Shown: positions 13,125-26,271, counted from the whole stretch's first letter. The stretch: DNA of 62,676 bases, filler included, from Globobulimina sp. (GCA_003354225.1; 38 parts of 38 records of this genome joined end to end with filler, not necessarily neighbours in it), one strand, 5' to 3'. Notes: generated from the letters alone by a model not told the origin. Numbers and translations are program-made.

Positions 13125-13905
13125 NNNNNNNNNNNNNNNNNNNNNNNNNNNNNNNNNNNNNNNNNNNNTTAATTAATTAANNNNNNNNNNNNNNNNNNNN
13201 NNNNNNNNNNNNNNNNNNNNNNNNGTTGAATGAGGTCCTTCAAGAAATGAGCGATCCATTGCAAAATTCTGTTGTGGCGAATGTAGAACCTGAGCGAGAT
13301 ATAAGTTATCGATTAAATAAGTTTTGTTTTATGGCCCGTATAGCTATTTGTTATACAAACATATTGCATACCTTTTACCTTCTCGAAATAGAATAATTGG
13401 TCACATTTCATGCCATTATAATATTGCTAATGCAGATTATGATGGAATTGTAGACAAATTAAATATGATTGAATCGTTTGTTCATATTACAAAGAAAAAA
13501 TTGAATTCCATCATTAGTTTGACCCACGGCGATGATATTAGAAAATATAGCGATAAATCAATCGAAGACACTGGTTCCATAAAGAAATTAGGCATAATAG
13601 AATCGTATATGATTGACCATGTAAACGAGATCGATGACTTCTTACTAAAAAACAAATGTTAAGTTACACAGTATGTTCCTTTATTAATCACTCAATTATT
13701 ATATTGCCACAGCATTAAATGAGAAATGTGAATCACAGCGCGCCATAATTTTAAGTTTACAGTGCGGATTGGAAGAAACCGAAGAGACATTCAAGAAAGC
13801 AACAAAACAACATAAAAGTATTGAAATTGCGTTAAATCGACAAATACAAAGTTAATAAAATATTGCAATACTCGTGCAACTTTGAAATAAATTAAATATG
13901 TTTAA

Positions 13906-14777
13906 TTGTGTTGTTTTATAGATTGCGAAGAAGAGCATGCAAACACTAAGAGCTCTGTTCGCAGCATGACAGAGAAAGTGCAGCGATTAGAATTAAAAAG
14001 TAGTACAATTACAAATGACAGCACATTGTTGGTGGATCAGTTGAATGAGAGAAATGAAGCTATCCAGTCACAATTGAATACAACCATTACATCATTATTC
14101 CAACAATCAACAGCCGACAATCAACAAATACGAGTTTTGAACGATGAAATTAAAGAGAAAGCGGATAAATTAGAATATACTGAAAATGAGAATGCATTAT
14201 TAGTCTCTGCAATAAATCGGGAGCATGAACAGGATAGAAATGAGTTAATGTCTCAAATTGTATTATTGCAAAAACAATTGGAACAACAAGCAAATAATTA
14301 TAATCAACAGATATATGAATTGCAAATTAATTGTTAAGTATCGATTTGAAACAGTCCGAGACTGATATTTGTACATACAAATATATACAGCATCAAATCG
14401 TTCAAATGATAATCTAAGAAACAGAAATCAAAGAAACCATCGTTATCCAATTAAACGTGAGGAAGAAGAAAAACAAACTCCTTCTGGTTCTGGATTCGTT
14501 GTACAACCAAAATCATATTATGAAAACACGCGAATATCACCGAAATTGACCTTATTTGGCCCTGTCATCGGTGTCGTTAACAAATTTTTCGAAGCTGGCG
14601 AAGAAAGAGTCGTTGGATGGCATTTAAGAAATACCACGTATTCCCACATCACACTTTATGGGAAGTTAGTATGTCTCGAAGATAAGTTGAAAATGTCTGT
14701 AATGCAGAAAGAATTTTATGAATTTGATATTGGTAAACATGGAACCACAGAAATCACAATTAAAGTAAAAGCACCAT
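13906..14777 (+). CDS. Multi-exon coiled-coil protein ending in an NBR1 FW (Ig-like)-type domain (partial)
   Basis: Heptad-rich exon, then GEERVVGWHLRNT..KLV..EITIKVKAP resembling the FW domain. Confidence 0.4.
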
Positions 14778-14877
14778 NNNNNNNNNNNNNNNNNNNNNNN
14801 NNNNNNNNNNNNNNNNNNNNNTTAATTAATTAANNNNNNNNNNNNNNNNNNNNNNNNNNNNNNNNNNNNNNNNNNNN

Positions 14878-15280
14878 AACCACTGTCATCAACTTCATGT
14901 TTCTCGCTATGTTTATGTTTACCTTTATTACGTTGTGGGAGGTCCATACTCTTTGTCTCGACTTTATCAGTTGCTAATTGTTCTTGCTTCTCTTCCGATT
15001 CTGGTCCCTCGAGACATCGCTGTATCCAATCCTCAACCAACTGCATTTCATACTTCTTTCTCTCGTTATTATCATATCCTGCATAGCGGATCTTTATTCG
15101 CTCCAATGCTTGTTTCTTTTCATCCACATCAATATAATTGGCAACATCAATCGCTCTGTATGCCGAAGGGAATATTAATATACCCACATTATCACAAATA
15201 TGCGGCCAATTTTTGATCATTAATTTAGTTTCCGTAACCAATACCATAATTGAGTCCACCTCCAAATCAGGTTTCCTCAA
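14878..15280 (-). CDS. Hypothetical protein fragment
   Basis: Open frame with protein-like composition; no recognised motif. Confidence 0.35.
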
Positions 15281-15982
15281 TGCCCTGCCAACTGTAAAAA
15301 TCGTCGTATCAAATGTGATGTTAACGAAATGGGTTACGATATCGAGAGATAGAATTGAGGATGAATTGAATTGGGATCACTGGATATTTCATTTGTTTGT
15401 TGGGTCCATAATTAAAACGTAGATTGGGAAGAATAAAGAGAACGGTGATTATTATGGAATTAATATGACAATTGTTGCAGCAAATCCACCCATCATTATC
15501 CTCGGAATTTTAACTGGACTGTCGACGCGAATGTGGTATTGATGCACAGGATTATTGGCCGAAAAACAATCCATTTGTACAGGTCGGTATTCGCGACGGA
15601 TTGAAACATCCACAAAAGTGGGAAATTATCAATAATCAAGTTAAACGAGCCAAGAAAAACCGGTATATGCATCGAAACATGTGCAGCATAATGTACAGCC
15701 AGTACGACGCCATAATGATAATTATTTGGCTGAAGAACATAGAATTGTACCATTACGATCAGCACGGAGTGTGCATTCTATGCCTGCTGCCCATTTCCCT
15801 CAACCTAAGCGTGGGAAACATGATCCTCGTATGCAACGCGTTGATGATGATGATTTATCACTCTGTGATCGAATTTCAGTATTCAATTATAACCCTCCCA
15901 CAGCTGTACATCATCAGTTGGCGCAGAATAAACAACAATATTCGAGTGCATTTTTTAGAGATAAAATGTGGAATTGTAAGCG

Positions 15983-16337
15983 CCTATCCTAGACTCTCCT
16001 ATCCTATCCTACCCTATCATAGACTCTCCTACCCTATCCTAAACTATCATAGACTCTCCTATCCATCCTAAACTATCCTACCCTATCCTAGACTCTCCCA
16101 TCCTATCCTACCCTATCCTATCCTATCCTAAACTATCATACCCTATCCTATCCTATCCTACCCTATCCTATCCTATCCTATCCTATCCTACCCTATCCTA
16201 AACTATCCTAGACTCTCCTATCCTATCCTAGACTCTCCTATTTATCCTAAACTATCCTAAACTATCCTAGACTCTCCTATCCTATCCTAAACTATCCTAG
16301 ACTCTTCTACCCTATCATAAACTATCCTAGACTCTCC
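15983..16337. repeat. Degenerate pentamer satellite (CCTAT/CCTAC with CTAAA, CTAGA, CTCTC variants), about 355 bp
   Basis: Directly visible tandem array with recurring higher-order unit AAACTATCCTAGACTCTCCTATCCT. Confidence 0.95.
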
Positions 16338-16633
16338 AATTGACGTATTTTTTTTTTTAGTTCAAGACGTATTAATCGAAAGGCTGTGAGACATAGAAAG
16401 CGAGTCGTTATCCAGAATTATGTTACACATNNNNNNNNNNNNNNNNNNNNNNNNNNNNNNNNNNNNNNNNNNNNTTAATTAATTAANNNNNNNNNNNNNN
16501 NNNNNNNNNNNNNNNNNNNNNNNNNNNNNNGATATCTTTATATTGTTTCTAGTACTATCTGAAAATTAAAGAGCTTAAAAAGCTGCGAGGCAATCTCCAG
16601 TGATTTAAATATTTACGCATTGTTTAATTACAT

Positions 16634-18083
16634 TTAATCAATCTGCCACAACTCAGGAAATGGAATCTTATATATCTGTCCCGCATACGGTTTGCCAGGA
16701 TTTGACTTTGAAATCCTACTGCTTTCATCCACATCCTTTGTCAACGCATAATGATGATACAAAGTCTGCGTAAACGGAGCACCGACATATCCTCGCAACC
16801 TCCCGATATATGAGGAAAACGTAGATTCCTTAGTGCCAAAAAATATTCTCCCCATCGCACAAATAGCCATTTCAACTTCACCGTGCAACTTGGGCGGAAT
16901 CGCCACATTCTTTGTTTCTTCAAACACTGCCTCAGCACCAAAGAAATGTTTCCATCGATACACTTTCCTCCGGCCATTTTCCTCAAACACTTTAAAATAA
17001 TCTTCCACAGTTTCATCCGTAGCAATGTACAAAACTTCATTCTCACCAATCAACGGCCTCACATTCCTGTAACTTTCCGTTGCTTTGGCAAAGACATATC
17101 GATATTGCAACTCATTCCTTCTGATATGGAAACTCGCAAAATTGAAAGCACCCAAAATACTCACCACCAAAGCGGCATATTCCATGATCTCTCCCTTCAA
17201 ATGAACGTGATCCCGCAGCACTCGCTTAAATCGCACATCCTGCTCTACATTGTCAAAAGCAACGGATCTCGCAATCTGACCCAAATATCGATATTCATGG
17301 TCCTCTCCAGGAACACCTTTGGCGCAGCTCGGGAAATGAATGAATTTAGCTGCTTTTAGAAAAGCTGTATATTCTCTTTTTTTGCGGTTATCCACCCAAA
17401 TATCGTCGATTTGCGCACTGTTTTTGCGCTCTACGGCTTTAATGGAAGGCCAATATAGCACATTTGCCAGTTGTCCCCATGGCGCATTTGCATTCAATGC
17501 GGTTGCTTTTTCAGTCAGCCATCGTTGATACGATCTGGCTTTCTCGCCATCTAAGTTCACAATATCCCCTCCCGCAAATTCCATGGGGATCTACAGTCAA
17601 TGCAATGTGTTATAAATTGTAAAAATAAATAGATTACAAATCAAACCCACCTGTAACGATTCGAATTCCTTCCGTATAAACTGTGCTGTTGTGATTATAG
17701 GAATGACCAAACTCATATCATCCAAATCGAACCATATGTCATAGTTAGATGCTCCATATCGATGTGCTTTGTTGTCTGGCCAAGCCGGGTATAAATCTAC
17801 TGCTTTTTTGTCCGATCTCCCCCGCGTAATTTGTCCGAAATCGATCAAATACCAAGGCATATCCGGTGGGAGTACCAGTGTACGATCAGTCAGCCAAGCA
17901 ATCATGGCATGATACTCGAAGCTTTGACGAATGTTATTGAAACCACCGCAGTCTTTCAAGAATGTCACGTATTGAGCTTTTAACGACGCTTTTTTGAAGT
18001 TGTTGCTGTTTTGTTCGACTGCGATGCCTTTTTGCCAGTATTTCATCTGCGAATTAATGCATTTTGTGGAATGAAGCTGTGTC
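16634..18083 (-). CDS. GDP-fucose O-fucosyltransferase family protein, intron 17591-17650 (5' partial)
   Basis: GGFNNIRQ, RTLVLPP, FHIRRNE, LYIATDE, EMAIC..FFGTKESTFSSYI. In-frame GT-AG intron. Confidence 0.9.
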
Positions 18084-18183
18084 NNNNNNNNNNNNNNNNN
18101 NNNNNNNNNNNNNNNNNNNNNNNNNNNTTAATTAATTAANNNNNNNNNNNNNNNNNNNNNNNNNNNNNNNNNNNNNNNNNNNN

Positions 18184-19736
18184 TTTGTCATATTTCGAGC
18201 CCGCTTCAATATCGACCGGAGCGCTATTGATCACATCAAAAAAAGAAAGTTCGTTCTCATAGAAACGCATCACATCCGCATCAATGCGGAACGTATCCCG
18301 AATAGCAGCGGATAAACGAGCCATTTCTGCACAAAAATCGTCATCTTCCCCTTGATATACATTATTATTTTCGGGCGAATGCATGTCTTCGCCGCGAAAC
18401 GACTCACAATCACATAGCCAAATTAGTTGATGTGCCATAGTCAAATCATTCACAGCACAGTCGATTAAAAACTCGCGTAATACACCGGAAGGGTCAAAGC
18501 GTAGAGCTTGCAACAACTGCGGTATTAAAAAAATAACACCGCACATATTTATCTGCGACTCGTATCGCAAGGAACGAAATAAGTATTGGTTCACTATGGA
18601 ATGCGTCAAATTCTTTTCTTTCAATAATGCTAAACATTTATACAACGGCGCACTGCGAAATTGACATAACTCCTCCAGCTCAATGCCATCTTTTTTGACT
18701 GTTTGGTCTGTGATTAATAAGTGTGTGCCATCGGGGATATTTTGAATGGACTTTGGTTGTTGGTGGATGTGTTTGGTCAAAGTGGCGGTGATGGTCTTTA
18801 CTATCTGTCCATTGTTATTGTTATTGATCGCAATTTGAATTTGAAAATCTTTATATTTAAAGCGTTGATAAAATCGAATGGCTAATAACGGCGTAAACGA
18901 CCACGAGACATTGCATAATTTGCCCCATGCATAGTCGCCTATTTTATGAATATATTCGATTAATAGCTCCTGGTATAAAAACTTGCTGATTCTGTCATCT
19001 ATTTTATGTTTATGGCTGTTATTCTGATTGTTATCTGGTTGGTCGATCAGGTCATGGTCCATATCCATATTACCATTGCCATTATCCATATTCTGATGCG
19101 ACGTGGACACGTTATCAGCATCACGCGTATTATACCACGCACATAATCGCTCCAATTCGTCTGCTAACAGCACACAACAAACCATCTGGCACCAACCACG
19201 ATTTGTATGCAGCCACGAGGTCATTTTATCTTGAATGAAGGCGTTATTTCCCTCCCAATAATATACGTCATCCAAATCTAACTTAAATAAATACGCATTG
19301 GCATTGTAATTATGTTTAATATTGTCAGTGTTGTGCATATTATCCGTGCTCATATTATGCATCGTGTGCTCGGTTTGTAGCAATAAGGTATCAAATATGC
19401 TGCCATTTAAGCTGCGGATGGAGTGATGGTGCGGTGTGGTCCTTGGCTGTGTGTGGTTCAATGGACTCTGAAATATGCTATTTTTCTGCTCCTCACTCAG
19501 CAACGCATCCAAATCAAAGGAGGTATTCTTGGGATGGCCAAATGAATTGCGACGAATCGAAGGCGATCGCTGTGTCTTATTAGGAGGACTGGTAAAGGTC
19601 CGTCCACGCATTTTGCTTCTATGATGGTAGTGGAAGGATTGCGTCTTTTTGTGTCGATAGCTATGATGCAACGCAGTGATATTGGCCTGTGGGATTTCCG
19701 TGGCATTTAAATAAGGCATAGTGGTGTTCAAAGAGG
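18184..19736 (-). CDS. Phosphatidylinositol 4-kinase type III alpha (STT4/PI4KA-like) internal fragment with PIK helical domain
   Basis: VNQYLFRSL, FLIPQLLQALRFD, AHQLIW, FYENELSFF. Confidence 0.8.
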
Positions 19737-19836
19737 NNNNNNNNNNNNNNNNNNNNNNNNNNNNNNNNNNNNNNNNNNNNTTAATTAATTAANNNNNNNN
19801 NNNNNNNNNNNNNNNNNNNNNNNNNNNNNNNNNNNN

Positions 19837-21120
19837 CGAACATATAATCCAACATTCCATCCTACAGATAATCCTACCTTCATTCCAACATTTTATCCAA
19901 CATTCCATCCTACCTTCATTCCAACACTATACCCAACAATTTATCCAACATTTTATCCAACTATAAATCCAACCAATGTGCCAACCTCTAACCCAACGAC
20001 ACCATCAAGTCCACCAACATTTGTTCCAACCATAAACCCTACAAACATGCCAACATTTAATCCATCTCAATATCCAACAAATAATCCAACCACTGATCCA
20101 ACCACGGAACCATCCCAACATCCAACAATTAATCCAACCCAACAACCAAGCGATACGCCAACACCATCACCAACCGGAGAAGGCGAAGCCGACACTCCCA
20201 CCGAAGCACCAAATACCACCGACAAAAAAGAAGACACCCATACGTTTTTCGGTGATATTGACTCATTGTTCTGGTGGTTACTTATTGCCTCAATAACTGC
20301 ATTATGTGGCTGTTTTATAGCAATTGCATATCTCTGCAAACGTAAATATCAAGAACCGGAGAATGAGGAGGAAGTGAAAGAGTCCTCCTTAGCGGACGTG
20401 GTCGCGGAAACACACATACTCCCAGTTCCAGCCACCGATGGTCAGACCAGTACCATTGAAATGAATACAGTAAAAGGTGCAGAAAAATCAGAGTCTAGTT
20501 CCGACTCAGACATTGATGAGATATTCCATGGTCAAAACGCAACCCGAGGACAATTAGACAGCGAGGATGGGAGTGATATTGATATGTACGCTAAAGGAGA
20601 CAGGAAATTAACAAACCAAAGTACCACACAAACGGAGGCATATACTGTACCAATGGCAAAAAGTGACAGTGCGAAGGAAGGTGACGGGCAGAAAGGGGTT
20701 TTATCCCTCGGTAATCAGCAGGTATCAGCAGAGGGTGGCAATCGACATCGTGGTGGGGATCCTGCAGTGACTGGTGGCCATTTTGGTGATCCGGTGGTGA
20801 CAAAAGATAATGCTACACACGGATTAAGCGCAATGCATGAAAGTTCATCGAGTGAGGATAGTGATAATGATATGGGTCATGGTGATGGAGGGTTGTATGC
20901 CAAAGGGAGAGGAGTATCTAAAGGAGGACCTAGAAAAAATAGGAAAAAAGCAGGTAGCTATAGTTCTAGTAATAGTGATGGCAAAGGTAAAGGTAAAGGA
21001 AAAGGAAAGGGAAAAGTGGAGATTGTGTATGGTGATCCTGTAGTGACTCGTAGAGAGAATGAAGATAATGATACAAGTGAAGAGGATGAATTTGATGATA
21101 ATGAACATTATCAAATTTGA
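19837..21120 (+). CDS. Type I membrane protein: PT-repeat mucin-like stalk, TM helix, acidic/Gly-rich tail (5' partial)
   Basis: (PTxx)n repeats; LFWWLLIASITALCGCFIAIAYLC followed by KRK. Confidence 0.8.
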   Translation, partial: RTYNPTFHPTDNPTFIPTFYPTFHPTFIPTLYPTIYPTFYPTINPTNVPTSNPTTPSSPPTFVPTINPTNMPTFNPSQYPTNNPTTDPTTEPSQHPTINPTQQPSDTPTPSPTGEGEADTPTEAPNTTDKKEDTHTFFGDIDSLFWWLLIASITALCGCFIAIAYLCKRKYQEPENEEEVKESSLADVVAETHILPVPATDGQTSTIEMNTVKGAEKSESSSDSDIDEIFHGQNATRGQLDSEDGSDIDMYAKGDRKLTNQSTTQTEAYTVPMAKSDSAKEGDGQKGVLSLGNQQVSAEGGNRHRGGDPAVTGGHFGDPVVTKDNATHGLSAMHESSSSEDSDNDMGHGDGGLYAKGRGVSKGGPRKNRKKAGSYSSSNSDGKGKGKGKGKGKVEIVYGDPVVTRRENEDNDTSEEDEFDDNEHYQI

Positions 21121-21489
21121 TTTCATGTTTTTTTGTTTTTTGTTTTTTGTTTTGGACATTTGTGTGTCATTCCAGTGGTTAATATTGTTTGTGTTGCTTG
21201 TAAAATATTGATCAACTCTTTATGATTTTTGTTGTGTTGACTAGTTTCTCATTGTACAGATGACTAGTTTAAGAACACAAAGAATTGAAAGAAATAACGA
21301 TGACTAGATATAGTAGCTTGACTTTTTAGGTTCACACTTCTAAACACTTCTTTTGTGATTGACTAAACGATATATTCCAAAAGATAACCNNNNNNNNNNN
21401 NNNNNNNNNNNNNNNNNNNNNNNNNNNNNNNNNTTAATTAATTAANNNNNNNNNNNNNNNNNNNNNNNNNNNNNNNNNNNNNNNNNNNN

Positions 21490-22470
21490 GGCGAGGAAGT
21501 GGTCGTCGCGCCAGAGGTCTTCGGTGATGTTGGCGAAGGACCAGTTGGTGTATTGGCCCTTGTTGTGCTCGAACAGCGGCGCGAAGGAACAGGAGAAGAA
21601 ATGGAGCCGTGGGAAGGGCACCAAGTTGGTGGCAATTTTGCGCAGATCGCTGTTTAGTAAGCCACTGAAACGCAAGGAGGCCGTCACCCCGCTCATTATC
21701 AGCGAAATGACCCAGTTCAGGTCCTCGAAGCTCGGGCTCTTCTGCTTTAAGATGGTGTCACTGATTTGGATCAGCGATTGGTTGTCGATCACGAAGGTTT
21801 CGTCCGAGGTCTCCATTAAATGCGCGATGGACAATAAGGCGTTGTAAGGCTCCACCACAATGTCAGACACTTTGGGGGCGGGGTACACGGAGTATGTGCA
21901 ATTGATGCGGTCGGGGTACAAATCGCGCAGTTTGTCCAAGACCAAGGTGCCGAAGCCACTGCCCGTGCCACCGCCTAAGGCCTGCGTCAATTGGAAGCCT
22001 TGCAAACAGTCGCAATCCTCCACCGCTTTGCGGACGCAGTCCATGGCCTCGTCGATGATCTGCGCGCCCGCTACGTAGTGGCCTTTGGCCCAGTTATTGC
22101 CCGCTCCGCTCACCGCATGCACCATGCAATCGGGCGCGAATAACTGCCCCATCGGAGAGGCTCTGATGCCGTCAATCACTCCGGGCTCGAGGTCCAATAA
22201 TAAGGAGCGAGGCACGTAGCGGATGCGCCTGCTCTCAGAGTTAACGTTGCTTTTTGATTCAGAGATGACACTGTTCATAGATTGCTTTTTCCTTTTTGAG
22301 AGGTCTATTTCTTGCATGTACACGTTGAGCTTCTCCACTTTGCGGATGTCATTGCCGATGAATTGCCCGTTGAGGTCGATGTGGTGCTCTGCGAGGATGT
22401 TCTGCCAAAATACTTTGCCAATTTGATTGCCGCATTGTCCAACTGATATTTGCAGAATTTCACGAACCAT
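21490..22470 (-). CDS. Divergent beta-tubulin, beta2 (Retaria/foraminifera)-like (3' partial)
   Basis: VGQCGNQIG, YVPRSLLLDLEPG, GAGNNWAKGHY, GGGTGSG, VVEPYNA, NLVPFPRLHFF. Intronless. Confidence 0.93.
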
Positions 22471-22529
22471 GATTCAAACAAAAACCATTGCTCAAATAAA
22501 TTATATGTTTAGTTTTTACACATTTTACA

Positions 22530-23041
22530 TTAATAAATATTGCGAGTAATTTCAAGATCTCCATCTTCATCTTTTACTATTTTCCAATTATTTTTAGAAA
22601 ATAAATCTTCATATTTTGCAAATGCAGAGCTTGAATACATAATTGTTGGATTCCATAATAATATTTCATTCAATTTTGAATATTTGAGTTTATTCACCAA
22701 TTTTAATGTTGAAACTAAGGATTGTAAATATGACTCATTTATACATCCAATATACCAACAACTTATACTTGTGACTTGTTTAAATATTTTATTTAATTTC
22801 TCATATTGTATTAAATTATCCTCTCTTTTATCTTTAAACCACCCTCTTTTAATCTCATTTATTCCCCAAATTTGTAATCCAACTCCATATTCTTTGATAT
22901 TCTTTCTATTCAAACGAATATGAGTTATTTGTTGTGTCCATTTTGTAAATGATTTAATAATAAAATCTGAAGTGTTTCCCACTGAGAAATCAATCATTTT
23001 ATTTATTATATCCATACAATCCGTTGATATGAGTTTAGATA
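22530..23041 (-). CDS. Hypothetical protein C-terminal fragment
   Basis: 161-aa AT-rich ORF with no recognised motif. Confidence 0.45.
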
Positions 23042-23141
23042 NNNNNNNNNNNNNNNNNNNNNNNNNNNNNNNNNNNNNNNNNNNNTTAATTAATTAANNN
23101 NNNNNNNNNNNNNNNNNNNNNNNNNNNNNNNNNNNNNNNNN

Positions 23142-23651
23142 TCCTTTACCGGTCTCTTCCGCATAAAAACGAACATTCTCTAATAAAATAATTGAACCTT
23201 TGTCCTGTTTGGATAATATTTCCTTTTCTAAATCAAAGTTATCATCGTCGACACGAAACCAGTCTTTAATTAAAATTATTTTCTGTTTCAATAAGTCCTG
23301 CAATTCGTCGACAATGGGTTGCAACGATAATTTGGCTGACATTTTTCCTTTTGGTCGGCCTAAATGTGATGTAATTATTAATCGATCGGGTTTCATTTCT
23401 AATAATTTTTTTATTGTTGGAATAACTGCGGTTATTCGCGTAGTGTCTGTAATTTTACAATCATCGTTTAAAGGCACATTAAAATCTGCGCGCATAAATA
23501 TTCTTTTTGCTTTTGTAGGCATTGAACAACTGTCATTAACACAGACTATAAATCCATTTCCTCCAACTTTTACTTGATCTAATGTTATTTTTGTGGCTAA
23601 ATCAAATTTTGGTGCCTCCTTAATTTCTTCTTTCTTTTCTTCTTCTGCCAT
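23142..23651 (-). CDS. PGK: Phosphoglycerate kinase, N-terminal part
   Basis: KRIFMRADFNVPL, ITDTTRI, SHLGRPKG, ILLENVRFYAEE. Confidence 0.97.
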
Positions 23652-23700
23652 TTTATAATTTATAATTTATACTCAAACTAAAAGTGAAAAACTTTTCATA

Positions 23701-24357
23701 ATGACAACACAACAAATGGCAGGGAAGAAACGCACAATAATTGATGTAAAAGAAGAAGAAGCGGACAATGGATATCCAATAATAAAAAGAAGAAAAATCA
23801 TGGTTTTGGATAATATAATCACAGGAATTGATTTCAACGATGACAGGAAGGAAACATGTGAAAGAATGAATGAATTAACAAAAGAATTATCCTCAGATTC
23901 TGTTATAAAATCAAATTTTGTATTGATTTGCAATATTGATCCAGTGATCGATTATTGTGATATTGTAGATTTATGCAAAGATGTCTCATTTCCAATAGCT
24001 GTCAATTATTTTCGTGGCTCATTTGGCAAAGCTTGGTTAAAATTTGAAAATCATCAAATTGCAATGAAAATTGTTAAGAAATTAAATCAATTTGAACAAG
24101 AAGGTAGGAAATTAATTGTTGGATTAATTGAGAATACACCAAAATACGTTGATATTAAACGACAACTTGAAAATTATTGTATTGCACACAATGACGCATA
24201 TCCTCATCGTACCGGAATATTAAACAACAAATTCAAAAAATCCCAGTCATCAAAGAAAAAAAGACAAACAATAACAAAAAATGAGAAAAAAGCAAAACAA
24301 CAACAACCTCAAATACAAACAAAGAAAAAAAAGAAAAAAACTGTTCAAGACTTGTAA
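23701..24357 (+). CDS. RRM-domain protein with basic tail
   Basis: VLICNI (RNP2-like), GKAWLKF (RNP1-like), VKKLNQFEQEGRKLIV. Confidence 0.7.
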   Translation: MTTQQMAGKKRTIIDVKEEEADNGYPIIKRRKIMVLDNIITGIDFNDDRKETCERMNELTKELSSDSVIKSNFVLICNIDPVIDYCDIVDLCKDVSFPIAVNYFRGSFGKAWLKFENHQIAMKIVKKLNQFEQEGRKLIVGLIENTPKYVDIKRQLENYCIAHNDAYPHRTGILNNKFKKSQSSKKKRQTITKNEKKAKQQQPQIQTKKKKKKTVQDL

Positions 24358-24793
24358 GACTTGTATTTAATTTATGAATAATGTCTCATTGATTAATTTT
24401 TAAATAAATTGATTTAATTTTGATTCATATGATTATTATGATATTGTTGGATATTCACGAGACAGGGAAAAAGAGTCACCCATCCGGTGAATTGATTGAT
24501 TTCTTAAAGTTTTGAAGTTTTTGAAGAACAAGAATACTAAAATAGAAGAATAGGGGTGTCCGATAAGTACTGATTTTTTCAAAAACTTTTCAAACAGTCC
24601 TTTTTTTTCAATCAGTTCGATAAGTGCTGGTAATTTGTAAAAGCATGCCAAAGAAAGAATCATGCAGATGATTATGCGAATGGATCGTATATANNNNNNN
24701 NNNNNNNNNNNNNNNNNNNNNNNNNNNNNNNNNNNNNTTAATTAATTAANNNNNNNNNNNNNNNNNNNNNNNNNNNNNNNNNNNNNNNNNNNN

Positions 24794-24936
24794 AGATTAC
24801 AATTTGCCAATATTTTCACTAAATCCACACGGAGTAACGATGCCCTTTGACCTTCAGCTTTAGTCTCCTCTTCTTCTTCTTCTTTAAATTCCGGCTTTTT
24901 TGCTTCTTCTGCTTTTTTTGCTTCTTCAGCCATCAC
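24794..24936 (-). CDS. N-terminal fragment of a hypothetical protein (MAEEAKK...)
   Basis: Acidic/basic N-terminus like that of PGK (MAEEEKKEE); runs off the contig. Confidence 0.45.
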
Positions 24937-25134
24937 ACAAATTTACTCAAAATCTTTTTACTCTCAACACACTTTAATAAAAACTGCGTCTTGTGATTGT
25001 ATACATAACCACCATTCCGTGCATGGTTAGATTACTGAGATAACCCTCACCTTTGTATACAAACCGAAACAAGCCTAGGAAAATAAGGAAATTTAAATTT
25101 GGATTGCTTGATTAAAAATCTTTACAGTGAGATC

Positions 25135-25580
25135 ATGGCACAACCAGCGAAAAAAGATGATAAAAAGGGTAAAGCCGTTCCAGCGTATGGCGAGGGTAAA
25201 GTACAAAGACCATGTGCCATTTTATTATGGTCATCGTTGTCATCCAATGCACATCAAACTGCAGCTCAAAAGCGAATGAGTGACAGATTGGAACAATATA
25301 AACTTCGATTTGAACAATTAGATGGAAGTCAACAGGAAAACAAAGCCTTAAGAAATAAATTGTTTAATTGCAGTACAGTTCGAGGAAAGTATCCTCAAAT
25401 TTTTATTGTTAATGCAAAAGATGAATTAAAATATATTGGTATGGACGACGAAGTTGATGTTAAGTCATATGCGAAACTGCGTACATACCGCATTTATAAT
25501 ACATTTATAAACATTTAATTCAGTATTTGGTGGATGCAGAGAAGTTTGCAGAGGCAATGGAGTCTTGTGTTGATAAATAA
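25135..25580 (+). CDS. SH3BGR/glutaredoxin-like protein, intron 25459-25523
   Basis: LLWSSLS..QKRM..FEQLDG..RNKL..YPQIFI thioredoxin-fold pattern without CxxC. Spliced end reads YLVDAEKFAEAMESCVDK*. Confidence 0.75.
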
Positions 25581-25695
25581 TTGTAAAGCTGTTTTCTATT
25601 GAAAAGACAATTTATTTATAATAAATATGTAAATTAAAATTAAATTCACTAATCACTAGTCACTCACTTACTTACTTACTTACTTAACTTGTAAC

Positions 25696-26271
25696 ATGTC
25701 GACACCACCAAAAAGAAGACTGATGCGTGATTTCCGTCGGTTGCAAAACGACCCACCTCACGGTATCACGGCAGTTCCGTTAGAAGATGATATCATGCAA
25801 TGGGAGGCAGTAATATTTGGCCCAGATGATAGTCCGTGGGAAGGCGGTACTTTTAAATTAAACCTGTCCTTCACTGAGGATTATCCAAATAAAGCACCAA
25901 AAGTGAAATTTATTACAAAAATGTTTCATCCAAATATCTATGCGGATGGCTCAATCTGTTTGGATATATTGCAGCATAATTGGTCCCCTATCTATGATAT
26001 TGCGGCCATTTTGACCTCGATACAATCACTTTTAACCGATCCGAATCCAAACTCGCCCGCAAATGTCGAGGCGGCCAAATTATATCAGGAAAATAGGCGT
26101 GAATACGAAAAAAGGGTTGCGATGGTTGTGGAACAGTCATGGGATGATGAGGAAGATGATGATGACAATGATGAGGACTCGCAAGAGGAGGATGAGGATG
26201 AGGATGACAATGATGAGGAATCTGATGACTCAGAACATGAACAAGAAGAAGAAGAAAAACAACAACAATAA
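25696..26271 (+). CDS. RAD6: Ubiquitin-conjugating enzyme E2, Rad6/UBC2, with acidic tail
   Basis: [41 protein letters not shown]. Intronless. Confidence 0.97.
   Translation: MSTPPKRRLMRDFRRLQNDPPHGITAVPLEDDIMQWEAVIFGPDDSPWEGGTFKLNLSFTEDYPNKAPKVKFITKMFHPNIYADGSICLDILQHNWSPIYDIAAILTSIQSLLTDPNPNSPANVEAAKLYQENRREYEKRVAMVVEQSWDDEEDDDDNDEDSQEEDEDEDDNDEESDDSEHEQEEEEKQQQ

Noticed and set aside
26140..26271. Acidic tail of Rad6 as a novelty
   Set aside because: Polyacidic tails are known in yeast Rad6.
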